Numbered from the stretch's first letter, positions 13,079-24,604 are shown. The stretch is 64,000 nucleotides of DNA from Octopus bimaculoides (GCF_001194135.2 NC_068995.1:54070846-54134845), one strand, 5' to 3'. Numbers and translations: made by a program. The notes: a model not told the origin generated them from the sequence alone.

Positions 13079-15293
13079 ATATATATACATGTGTGTGAGG
13101 GATATGTGTGGGTGTGTGTGTGTAAGAATGTGTATGATTGTAATATTATAAAGTTATATAAATCTACTGAAGTAAATATACTTACAATATTTTAAATGTA
13201 TAATTGGAGCTGGACGGAATCTCTGGGGGTAAATCTTTGGCTGGTTTTGTTCACTAACGCTCATTTTATTGTTTACCAAGTTCATTTTATGATCGCACTA
13301 ATGCTCTTAGACAGTCCTATTATAAAATTATATTTTTATATTAGTATCGTAGATAAAAGATACCATAATGGTGATTCTAATATATTATAGATAGATAAAT
13401 CAGTTAAAACCAACAGCATACTCTATCGAATTGAACACATGATAAGAATACTACTTAGTTTATCGATCCAAGAAGTATTAAAGCCAAAATTTCTCCGATG
13501 TTATTTGACAAGTCATAAGTCACAACATGTATACAAATATGGCAGAGTGGCGAGCTACCTTTTAGTTTCCACGTAAGAGGGTCCAATAGAAAATATTATA
13601 ACCCGGTTGTCTACGCATGCATACTATATTCTCCAGTGTTCAGGGCTTGTTTAGGGCCAGTCACACGTTTTGAAAATGATGTAGTATAAGGTTAGTGCAA
13701 ACGTTTGTCACTAACTTAATGATCAACACATCCTAGCCTTCTCTATTTGAGTATTTCATTCCCTTGGTTATTCTATCGCAACGGCTTAGATCTCAAACCA
13801 CCCTAGAAAGATGTATGTGTATCTTTGTAGCATATATTTTCATGTTGTGGCGAATAAAAATATACATGTAACATACACGGAAATCCGTTGACTCTCCATG
13901 GTTCATTGACGCTCTGGCGGGTCTTATTTTCCATTCCACAAATTGTCCAAACGCTACTCTGTTGACCAATCGTGCGGACACACAACAGCACTCCAGTTAA
14001 GCAGCTCTTCCGTATTTCTTCTTTAATATATATTTGCATAAATATATATTATGTGTGAAGCTTTATAGCTGCCTTGGTGCTAAAAGAGTGCAAATCAGCA
14101 TATTACTTAGACTATACAACCGAAAATTAATATATCTGTTTCAAGTATACTTCCACAATGTTATATTTCTGACGTAGGGTATAGTCGATTCCTTTCACAT
14201 AGTATTTCTTTTATTAACTTGATATCTTTCTGTTACAGGTGTATAAAGGCGAACGACAGCTTTATTATAATGTTGATGATAATAACGAAGAGAGTAGCTT
14301 ATAAGAGTCAGCTCGTAAAATATTTCGGGAGACACTTTAACCTCCCCACGACCACCGCTACCATAACATCCACCAGAGACAAAGTACCAGTATTCTTTTG
14401 TTTTTCGGATTTATTATAAATCTGCATAGATTTCACCGATATTTTAGCATAAATATGTAAAAATAAAAGAAAAAACGACAAAAGCCCAAAACTGACGTGC
14501 ACACATGCACACACGCACATGCTCAAACAAACACAGGAAAATGGGCAGAGAAGGGAGAAGACAAAATAATAGAATGATATGGCAAGATTGCTCATGGTTT
14601 CCCTCTACTAGGCTCTACGGGCAAAATCTTCATTTGTTTGTGGCTATTTAAACACGCTATTCGACTTACTACACTCTGGGTTCAAAGACGCACGAAACTG
14701 GATACGAAACGAAGTGCAAAATTGATTACCAAACAACCATGCCAACACCCACTAGACAGAGTGTAATGTATTCCCAATGAAGTTTTATTCCTACTTCAAA
14801 TAAAAAAGAATGGTAGCATATGGATATACCATGCGACTTCGTCGAAGAAGTTCATTTCTTTTAGAATTATTTTCAACACTACTACTTCCAATGTAAATAT
14901 TTTGTGTAAATAATGTAATTCTCTCTTCGAAAATCTGTTCGAAACAAGTTAACAATAATTATTTCTTCTATGTAATATCTTTTCTATATTTTGCAAAATT
15001 GTGTAGCTTTTGTGTATTTACTTCAGTTTCTAAGAATAAAATCCTACGGTAAATCAATCGAAATATACCGAAATTTTCACAGTTATTTGTAAAACGATGT
15101 CACTAATTAACATTGTTTTCCAAACTCACAATTATTTCTAATTAACTATTCAATGCGCATTCCATTAACTAAATAAACGCTGGTGTATATTAATAAATAC
15201 TGATGTGCCTGAATAATAGCTACACAGACGTATGTATAGTATTGTGTATAGCATTTTTCTAAACAATATTTTGCCAAGTTGGTAGAATATATG

Positions 15294-15334
15294 CTTTGCT
15301 AACAAGGGTTAATATGGCCGAAACATATCCGGAG
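15294..15334 (+). ncRNA. Decayed minimal type I hammerhead ribozyme motif (Penelope-LTR relic)
   Basis: CTTTG-CTAACAA-G-GGTTA-ATA-TGGCC-GAA-ACATAT-C-CGGAG. Stems I and II pair completely with G-U allowed. The core differs from CTGACGA by two G>A changes, and stem III differs from the palindrome ACATGT by one G>A. Confidence 0.5.
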
Positions 15335-16531
15335 TTATTATCTGCAATTACAGGAATAATTAAAATAATTTTAGTCATTAAACATGTATGTTATTTCTAC
15401 AGCGAGTAATGACGTCCAATTAGCTCTAATCTAATGTGCACTGCATTAAATGACTTGGCACATCATGCAATGTTCTGTAAAATATTCATTTTACAACGTA
15501 TGAGTCTTCAGCAAATTTGAGTGTTTCTTTCCATAGCGTATCGTGCACAACGTTCAGAACATGACATTAATTGCAGAAGCTACATACGCACAATGAATTT
15601 GCCGGTAATTTTAGCAGACGAGCGAAATAAATTATGTGATTCACCAAATTAGGCTCATTAATCGATGTATAATAGAGTAGACGAGATTGTTTCAGCAAAG
15701 CATACAAGTGAATGAAGTAAAAAAAAAAGAACAATGTGATATAATTGGTTAATCCCTTTAGTATCTGCCACACCTGAAACAAATCAATAATACAATTTTA
15801 ATTGTAACATTAAACATACGGTTTAAAGTGGTGCTTTCTTTTCTGTTTAATTCAATCAAATCAGCTTTAAATGTAGTAACTCACATTATTGACTAATTTA
15901 CAGGAAGAAAAAAAAACTATCTTGTATTTTCGGTAAAAAGGTTATCAAGGTCTTAGATGTATGATAAAGAATAGAAATCATGATGAAAATATATTTAAAT
16001 ATTACTTCCAGGTGTTAAAATGAAATATTTCAGTATATATCTTAATAAGTTATAATAATCTAATTTCTTTCTCAGACTCTTTGTCTTGCTCTTTGCTAAC
16101 GTTTCCCAACTTTCGTTTTGTTTTTCTTATTATTCTCGTTTCCTCTTTCACTCTCTTTCACCATATATCGTTAGATCTCAAAATTTAAAGACCCAGATAC
16201 TGTCAAGGTCTTTAAAATATTATATACCTAATTTTACATCCCTTTAAAATAAGCAATACAATTAAAGATTAAAAATTATGAATTAGAAATTAAGAATAAA
16301 AAATTAAGAATAAAAAGTAAGAAAAAATAAAAATTATGAATAAAAATTATACTTTGTAATATTAAGAATTAAAATTTATAAATTATACATTATAAATATG
16401 AATTAGTATATATATGAATCATGAAAATCAAGTACATGTCAAATACCGAATGTGAGATATAAGATTATCAGAATAAAAATGTCTGTTTAAATTTGATAAA
16501 GAAAAATTCAATGGTGATTCCTCAAATAACC

Positions 16532-16649
16532 ATTCAAATATATATATTCCTTTTTTCTGCTGGTACTAAAATGGTGATTCCTCAAATCAATGGTGATTTG
16601 AGGAATCACCATTTTAGTACCAGCAAAAAAGGAAGATATGTATTTGAAT
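16532..16649. repeat. Long inverted repeat/hairpin (~57-bp arms, 31-bp perfect core, 4-nt loop)
   Basis: gctggtactaaaatggtgattcctcaaatca (16559-16589), loop atgg, then tgatttgaggaatcaccattttagtaccagc (16594-16624). The outer arms extend imperfectly. Confidence 0.92.
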
Positions 16650-17328
16650 TTTTCTTGTTATACATCACATTTAAACACAGATATTTTTATTCTGATGCTT
16701 AATCTTATATCTCACATTCTCTGTTTGACATATACTTGATTTTACATGATTGATATATATACTAATGTAACGTTAGTGTTTTGTTTAGAACTCACGACAA
16801 GTAAGAAATCCTGGATAATTCCTTGTAAATATTCATGTAGTAGGTTACCTATGTGTGCTGAATGCGCACTTTCTTCATTAGGGACATACATGATAATCCA
16901 GAAGTTAGGAAACTTGTTTACAATTTTCAGAAAGAGAAACGTATATATTCTATGTTCTCGATTCGCTATTCATGAAAGGTTAATAAAATTTTAATGCTGG
17001 CGGAATTATATAAAATGTCAAGGACGTGTTGTCTATCTATGCATCATAAGTTGTGTCTAGAGAGATAACGAGTGTCGTAACAAAAATTATTAATTATTAA
17101 TTGTGAAAAGTATGATTGCTATCTCTTGACTTACATATATAGGGTGGTGGTATCGTCATAGCAATTATTAAAATGGGTAAGAATCCCGAGGCTTATAGAA
17201 TTAATATCAAGTGGGTGAGGGTGTGCGGGAGATGAATAAATCATAGAGCTTGTCGTAAGGTGGTTATGTTTGTGCCTATTAGAAGAGGCAATTATAGATC
17301 CCTTAGGAATGAGCAAGTGTCTTCGCTG

Positions 17329-18001
17329 TGCAGCGTCTGCAATAGAGCAGATGAAACCTTTGCCCATATCACGAACAAATGACCGAGACTGTCCCAAAAC
17401 CACAAGTTGTGGCGATACGATCAGGTCGCGGAAGTGCTAAATTGGAAACTCTGCGAGCAGTGGGGGCTAGAGAGAGGCAAGACGCAGAACGGTGGAGTCG
17501 GAGACAAGCAAAATCCTGCCGGATTTCCCAATCCAAACAGATCAAGTGCTAGAGCATAACAGACCGGACCAAGTGGTGGTGGACAATATGCACAACATAT
17601 GATATACAGTTGATGCTGCGCGCCCTTTTGACACACGAATAGTTAAGAAGGTAGGTGAAAGAATCTAGAGATACAACACTCTTAAGTATGAAATAGCCTG
17701 GCCATGGAAAATGAAGAAGGTAAAGATAATGCTAATTATAGTTGGGTCCTTAGAAACAGTATCAGAAGGAAACGGGGGAATACAAAGGGAATTGGAAAAG
17801 AGTGCCCATTAGATCTGGGCACTCTCAGAGTGCAAAAGCTTTGCCTGTTTGGCACGGTCAGAATAAGCAGGAAAGTATGAGATAGCTGAAAAGAACGGAT
17901 AGATAATACCGTACGCAGCAGGTTGCAATCACACTACGCCAGCAAGACTCCCGGAGCCCCAACAAACCTGTGATAAAGAGAAATAATAGTAACGATAACA
18001 C
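17329..18001 (+). mobile_element. Degraded R4/Dong-type retrotransposon 3' end: CCHC zinc knuckle plus restriction-like endonuclease, 3' UTR and decayed (TAA) tail
   Basis: The translation, with stops and frameshifts, reads CSVCNRADETFAHITNK*PRLSQNHKLWRYDQVAEVLNWKLCEQWGLERGK / SKILPDFPIQTDQVLEHNRPDQVVVDNMHNI*YTVDAARPFDTRIVKK...YNTLKYEIAWPWKMKKVKIMLIIVGSLETV / QKLCLFGTVRISRKV. It includes the CxxC..H...C(*), R(H)DxV and RPD...D..PFD motifs. Confidence 0.88.
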
Positions 18002-18673
18002 AACAGCGCATGCTTTTCGAAATAGCAGATAATACATTAACAATTCAATAGAATATATTTATAATTTGATTCAACTTTTCTTGTGTTGAAAATATTTCAA
18101 TTATTTTTATTCATTTATATAAGTTTCACTTACTTTTAAGGCAGTCAATATATTTCACACGTAGTCGATTTTAACATATCTCGGCTCCAAACGACAGACA
18201 TAATTATATGATCGTATCTATTGTGTGTCGCAAAGAAACAGATGCATTTGATAATATTTTTGACAAGAATATTCTTTTGGGAGCATATATTTATTCAACA
18301 TCAGTTAACTATTCTGATTAAATACAATTACAAAATAAGGTTTGTCTCTAATGATTTGAAATACGTTACTTTCCTGTTATACTTATCCGATTATCAACAA
18401 CAAAAAAGTTCTTAGTGTTGGCCAAACATATCTTCAACTTATTTACTTAGTCAATATGGTAAAGTCATCTTCGCTCAGTAAAGAAAATACATAGATCTGC
18501 AAATAAGTGTTCTATCCAGGAAACATCTATGTTGCTATCTAGTCTTGTATGAAGTTAAACATACTCATATGCATATCACGCACACAGGTATGTGTATATG
18601 CAAATATATATATATATATATATATATATGAGTATGAGAAAGAGAGACAAATCAGTATGAATGTATATATAAA

Positions 18674-18705
<32 letters not shown>

Positions 18706-19231
18706 TATATACAGATACAAAAATATTTATATGTATATATCAGTATATATACACATATACATACATGTTTATGCTCATGAATGTTTATAGAGACCGCTCA
18801 CGAAGCAAAAATTGATACCCGCTTTCATGTAAAACTTCAATGAGTGGAAAATTATTCATTTTAAATTATTATATACATTGTGCGATGGTGTCGAGAATAT
18901 ATATTTACACTAATCAGTGCTTGATCCTTCACTTATTTAGAAGACGTAAATTTTGAAAGCATGCATAAGATTCATGTACAAACACAGATATTTAAATGAA
19001 GTGGAATTGGGAAAAGGAATGGCAAATATTTGAGGGAGGGAAAGTGTCTAATTCATTTGCACTCTGTGTGCGTTGGATCTATTAATATAAATATCCATAT
19101 ATTTATATTTAAATATTTTGTGTTTCATGCCATAACTATCACATTATATTTAACATATCTAACTTGATAATCCGTATAATTGCCTCTCTCACTCTTTCTC
19201 TCTGTGTGTGTATATATATATATATGTATAC

Positions 19232-19269
<38 letters not shown>

Positions 19270-19279
19270 NNNNNNNNNN

Positions 19280-19334
<55 letters not shown>

Positions 19335-19339
19335 AATAT

Positions 19340-19500
19340 ATGCATAGCTGTTGGGCGAGAAGTTTGATTTCAAACCACACGGTTCTGAGTACAGTTCCAC
19401 TTGTGTCTTCTTGGGCAGGTGCCTACTGCTATAGCCTCAGACCGACCGAAGCCTTGTGTGTGGGTTCGGGAGACGGAAACTGAAAGAAGCCTGTCCTATA
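19340..19500 (+). mobile_element. SINE family A, 5' part (tRNA-like head plus cttgggcaag...ggaaactgaaagaagcc domain)
   Basis: catagctgttgggcgagaagtttg...aaccacacggttctgagtacagttccact...cttgggcaggtg...ctatagcctcagaccgaccgaagccttgtg...gacggaaactgaaagaagcctgtc. Confidence 0.85.
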
Positions 19501-20225
19501 TATAAATCGATTTATATCTATTTGTCTATATCTGTCCCCACACGACTGCTTCACAGCCGGTTTTGCTGTTTTTACGTTACTGTAACTTAGCAGTTTGGTA
19601 AAAGTAAACAATAGAATAAATACAAGCCTTTAGAATTAAAAAAGAAAACATCCTGCGTCGATTCATCGATTCATTTGGTTAAACTGCTACAAGGCTGTGC
19701 TCCAGTATGGTCGCAATCTAATACACACACATACATACATACAGTGTGCGATGGGCAAATTGTCGACATGTTATATTTTTTATTTCGCGCATGCGCCTTG
19801 TTTGTTTTTAATTTTGTCGACTACACAGTGTGGTAGGTCTAGTTGGGCACCGTCAGTGAGAAAAGCAGTAAGAATTTGACGGAATGAAGGAGAAACATGT
19901 CCGTCTATCATCGCATACATTTGTTCTATAAGTAAATGACTTATGACGTCTTCAGTAGGTATCACTTCAACGATGGAGTGCATTGTAGTATTGATATCTT
20001 GATTCATTTGTCGAGAATAGCATTGACTTCTGAGATTTCTATTTCTATTTTCCATGAATATAATTTACTTGGTCAATTTTAGAAGTTTGCTATCATCGTT
20101 AACTATACAGAAGAGAGAGAATTAGTGATCCTGCTGCCACTCTTTGCTAATTATAAAACATAACTTTAAAGTTATTTACATTATTTACATTCGACGGATA
20201 TTTGTCCTCATCTTGTTTGTTGCTA

Positions 20226-20269
20226 ACACAACGTTTCACCTGATATACCCTCCAGCCTTCATCAGGTGT
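20226..20269 (-). ncRNA. Minimal type I hammerhead ribozyme motif (left arm)
   Basis: Minus strand: ACAC-CTGATGA-A-GGCTG-gagggtatat-CAGGT-GAA-ACGT-T-GTGT. The core and stem I are intact, stem III is the palindrome ACGT, and stem II has one G-U and one G-G mismatch at its base. Confidence 0.75.
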
Positions 20270-20317
20270 CTTGGGAAAATTTCGAATCTAGGTTCTCATT
20301 CCTAAGATAATTTTCGA

Positions 20318-20399
<82 letters not shown>

Positions 20400-20408
20400 T
20401 TCCCCTAG

Positions 20409-20452
20409 TCACATGATGAAGGCTGGAGTGTATATCAGCCGAAACGTTGTGT
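20409..20452 (+). ncRNA. Minimal type I hammerhead ribozyme motif (right arm)
   Basis: TCAC-ATGATGA-A-GGCTG-gagtgtatat-CAGCC-GAA-ACGT-T-GTGT. Stem II is perfect and stem III is palindromic, but core C3 is changed to A. Confidence 0.72.
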
Positions 20453-21959
20453 TAACAACAAACAAGATGAGGACAAATATCCGTCAAATATAAATAATGT
20501 ACATAACTTCCCATCTCTTAAATATAGAACTATATATAACTTTAAAGTTTTGGGGCATAATTATATTATTTCGTATTCTCTAGCGAAATATCGATTAAAT
20601 GGAATGAATATTTTAAAACAATACCCCATTTGAAACTTGCTAAATACAAAGTATGTAGAGACAGGGCTTAATCGAAACATTGACATTATGTTGACCATAA
20701 TTGTAATTGTGCAACAACATGTATATGAAGATTTCCATTACTAGATGAAGTGTTCAAAATTCTTAACCACGAATGGTGCGTCATGCTTCGTATTGTACAG
20801 TATACTTAACTCTACAATTTATAAGAAAACGAAAAAAAAAAAAAAGCATTGATAGCCAGAGAATTATTCTTTTTTTTTTTATCTTTATCAGGTTCATACA
20901 TAAATAGGCAGCGGACCAGTCATTATGTGTTCTTCGACGCATGAAACGCATTTCAATACTAGAGTAAATTATAACATTTTTCTATTTTTATTTGATCATA
21001 AAACTACTCATGCAATGTGCCTTTGCAAGATTCCTCTGAATATAGAGGTCTCAGCGGAAATACTTTCTGATCTTAAACATATTATTAAATAAGTAGATTT
21101 TTCAATCTAGTATTTATGTCCAAAATGAGCGTTGGATTGGTCCAGCGAATAGAGATCGCTATGTTAGTGAAAACGATGTTGAGTTTACGATAGAATAATA
21201 ATTCAATAGGTTTTATTAATACGTCGCTAAGCTACGGATCCATGAATTGCTTCGCTTTTTCAGCTATGAAATCAAGAAATTACTTCTTAATGCATATCAC
21301 TGGATATCGCTTTGTGCCATCTAGTATTCATGTGACAAAGCAATTGTGTTTTCAAACGTTATATTACCACTCCTGAAATTGAAAATATGCCGTTTCTCCA
21401 TTTCATACGTTAGAATTTTCCTAATCGTTAAAGGTTGATCCTGCTTTGAAAGAAATCATGAGGGCATTTTCTCCCTATGTTGAACGATTTTATAATCAAT
21501 TGATGACTGATGCATGCTAGGATAATGATTTTAAATTCCTAGTGAACGGACAAAAATCCCCGTCCTTTGCCATGCTGCTCTCTCAAAGAAGCTTACTTTG
21601 AGGGAGCAGTAGCTATAGGATAAACCTTCTTAGTGAATATTAAAACTTCATACATAGAATGATATCAGGTATAACATTTCTTTAGAATTTTGGTGACTTG
21701 TCTTGAAATTTCTTTCACATAAAAATACAAAAGTTTGAAGTAGATTAACATTGAAATATGTGGCGGAGAAGATTCAAAGGAAGTCACATAGAATTGCTTA
21801 AAACATCATTTACGAGCTATATAGTTATATATTCAAATTTAAAAATAAACTACAAGGTTAAGCTCTATATTCCTGTTCTTGTATGTTTTCTATTTCTAGG
21901 ACTTTTTTGTTGTTTAAATGAAATATATTAAAAGTTAATCTGATGTAGTACGTGCAAAG

Positions 21960-21963
<4 letters not shown>

Positions 21964-22056
<93 letters not shown>

Positions 22057-22121
22057 NNNNNNNNNNNNNNNNNNNNNNNNNNNNNNNNNNNNNNNNNNNN
22101 NNNNNNNNNNNNNNNNNNNNN

Positions 22122-22168
<47 letters not shown>
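21964..22168. repeat. (CA)n microsatellite with assembly gap
   Basis: Read directly. Confidence 0.95.
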
Positions 22169-22170
<2 letters not shown>

Positions 22171-22574
22171 TCCGCAAACATGTATGCATGAAGACAGTTG
22201 TAATGTTTAGATGAAATACCTGGAGCAAGTTTAACATTTGACCTCTGTTAGAAATAGGTGAACATATAAGAAATAATTTCCTTTTTCCATCTTTGAATAA
22301 ACTTATTCCATATTACATTCGGACGTCGAAAATGATATTCGCTTGCTCTCACTTTCCTTTTCCAACAATATTTGTATTTGTAATGGATGAAATATCTTAT
22401 ATAAATAACAGAAATATGGTCATATGTGATTTTGGCAAAGGGCAAAATAATGCAGTATAAGTGTTCGGATTTTACAGGAATAATATATAATGACGGAATT
22501 GCATAATGAAAAACGAAAGAGCGAAACAAAAGAAAACTAAGATATATATACATATATATATATATGCATCTCTC

Positions 22575-22609
<35 letters not shown>

Positions 22610-23986
22610 GTTTGATGTACATCACGTTATAAGACAAAGAGAAACACACATATATATGTATATAAACATATATATATATATATGTGTGTGTATGTAAGTA
22701 TGCATGTATGTGTCATACTTAATTCTGTTTATCGGTATTACTATCTTCATATCAGTCAATTTGGGATTTTTCTTAAAATCTCTCTCAACGCCGACGGCTT
22801 TGTCTTGGATGAAGTAGAAGTTTAAGTCCAAATTCACTAGAACACTACTACGTGTTTTCTTTATTAAGTACATGTAACTCTAACCAAATGCCGGTATATA
22901 TATATATANNNNNNNNNNNNNNNNNNNNNNNNNNNNNNNNNNNNNNNNNNNNNNNNNNNNNNNNNNNNNNNNNNNNNNNNNNNNNNNNNNNNNNNNNNNN
23001 NNNNNNNNNNNNNNNNNNNNNNNNNNNNNNNNNNNNNNNNNNNNNNNNNNNTATATATGTATATATAATGTATGTATACTATATTATATAGTGCACATAC
23101 ATTATGCATATATATATAATGCATGTATACTATATTATATGCTATTTTCTAAAAATGAGATGCAACTCCTCGCAGGGTTACATGTTGGCAAGAAGATCTT
23201 TGTTTATTTTGCTTTCCTGCAATTTATTCTTTTTCGTTACTCACAGGAAAAAAGTGTAAGAAACTTTTATACCCCAAAGCAATGCAATAAACACTGAAAA
23301 AGTTACTGATTAGAAAAATAATTCAGTTAGAGTAATTATGTAAATTGGTGCAGTATTTTCTAAAAAAAGGAAATTATCTGCTGAGAAATAGAGAGAATAA
23401 GTAAATAAATAAATTTGTACTAACGTATAATTTCATTTTAGTTACTAAAATTCTACTTTTCCTTATAAATTGTTTATAAATCTAAACTGAAAATTTATTT
23501 TCTGAATTTCTTTGATGGAATAAATTTAAGTAAATCCTCATTCCCTTATGAACGGAATAGTCTATTATGTGTTTAAAGGAGTTGATAAAAAATATGCCGA
23601 ATTCACCTGATTATATTCATGTTGGGATTCTTCGGGCATAATCAAGTACTCCATGGCTTCACAGAAATGTTTGGTTTAGAGAACGATATGTCATCATTAC
23701 TCTCTTCTTCTCCTTTGTAAGGCCACACCTAGAATGCTACTGGCTCTGTAGTTTCTCCACTGAAAACAAGACATTACGAGAATTGAATCATTAAAGAGAG
23801 CATTCGCTAAAATCACTATGGGCGTTAATGATCTTGAGGACTGGGACTCCGTTAAAACTTTGAAGCTTTATGCCGTGAGCGCTACATCTTTGGCACAATG
23901 TGGAGAGTATATCACCAGTACTGCCTAGACGAGCTTAACAGTCAAAATTCCTTTCAAAGCTGGGACCACATGCTATACGTCACCCA

Positions 23987-24140
23987 CACATTTCATGACA
24001 CATTTCATGACACATTTCATGACACATTTCATGAGGTTGTGAGTTCGGTTCCTGGACCGGGTTGCGTGTTGTGCTCTTGAGCAAAACACTTTATTTCACA
24101 TTGCTCCAGTTACTTCAGCTGTAGAAATGAGTTGCCCATC
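23987..24140 (+). mobile_element. SINE family C (tRNA head plus tgtgctcttgagcaaaacac domain) with a 4x12-bp tandem expansion in the head
   Basis: (cacatttcatga)x4, then ggttgtgagttcggttcctggaccgggttgcgtgttgtgctcttgagcaaaacactttatttcacattgctccag...gaaatgagttg. B-box-like gagttcggttcc. Confidence 0.75.
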
Positions 24141-24546
24141 ACTGGGGACAAGCTATATCTTCTTTATGTTATATTAACTAGCATAGCCCAAAATGTTCTA
24201 AAACATTGCTTAATATTTGTCAAATGTATGTGAGACGTTCTTAATGTAACCAATTCCATTTGATTCGCTTGCTCAAATAAAATAACCAGACTTAATCAGC
24301 CATCATGGCAGTATATAAACTTTCTTCATTTTCTTTGCTTGGTAGAAAACTTGACAACGCTAATTACAAACTTATGGGCGTATTTCCTACAGACTAAATT
24401 ATTTTGTTCACTAGTTCAACAAAACCAATATCTAAAATATGGCGCAATGCTTATTTTTATATATAATATCTAATAGATTAGTCAGGTAAAACAGCTAATT
24501 GTAGACGTCGCTAATCCTATCAGAATATAAACCGTGATATTGTGAC

Positions 24547-24604
24547 AAGACAGTCATTATTTTCCTATCTTTAATAAGACAGTCATTATTTTCTTATCTT
24601 TAAT
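24547..24604. repeat. 29-bp tandem duplication
   Basis: aagacagtcattattttc(c/t)tatctttaat x2. Confidence 0.92.

Larger units (their letters stand above)
20174..20535. mobile_element. Non-autonomous palindromic (foldback) element, probably Penelope-LTR-derived, with a central (TTA)n and a 14-bp flanking direct repeat
   Basis: Arms 20177-20281 and 20397-20501 are inverted, with 10 mismatches in 105 nt by manual alignment. (TTA)n occupies ~20320-20396. ataactttaaagtt occurs at both 20160-20173 and 20536-20549. Confidence 0.85.

Noticed and set aside
13691-13715. Small palindromes (gttagtgcaaac-gtttgtcactaac; also 12144-12164 and 11244-11284)
   Set aside because: The stems are 10-12 bp, within chance expectation for AT-rich DNA of this length.
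23987-24034. Regular direct repeats as a possible CRISPR array
   Set aside because: The 12-bp units are contiguous with no spacers, the context is eukaryotic, and there are no cas genes.
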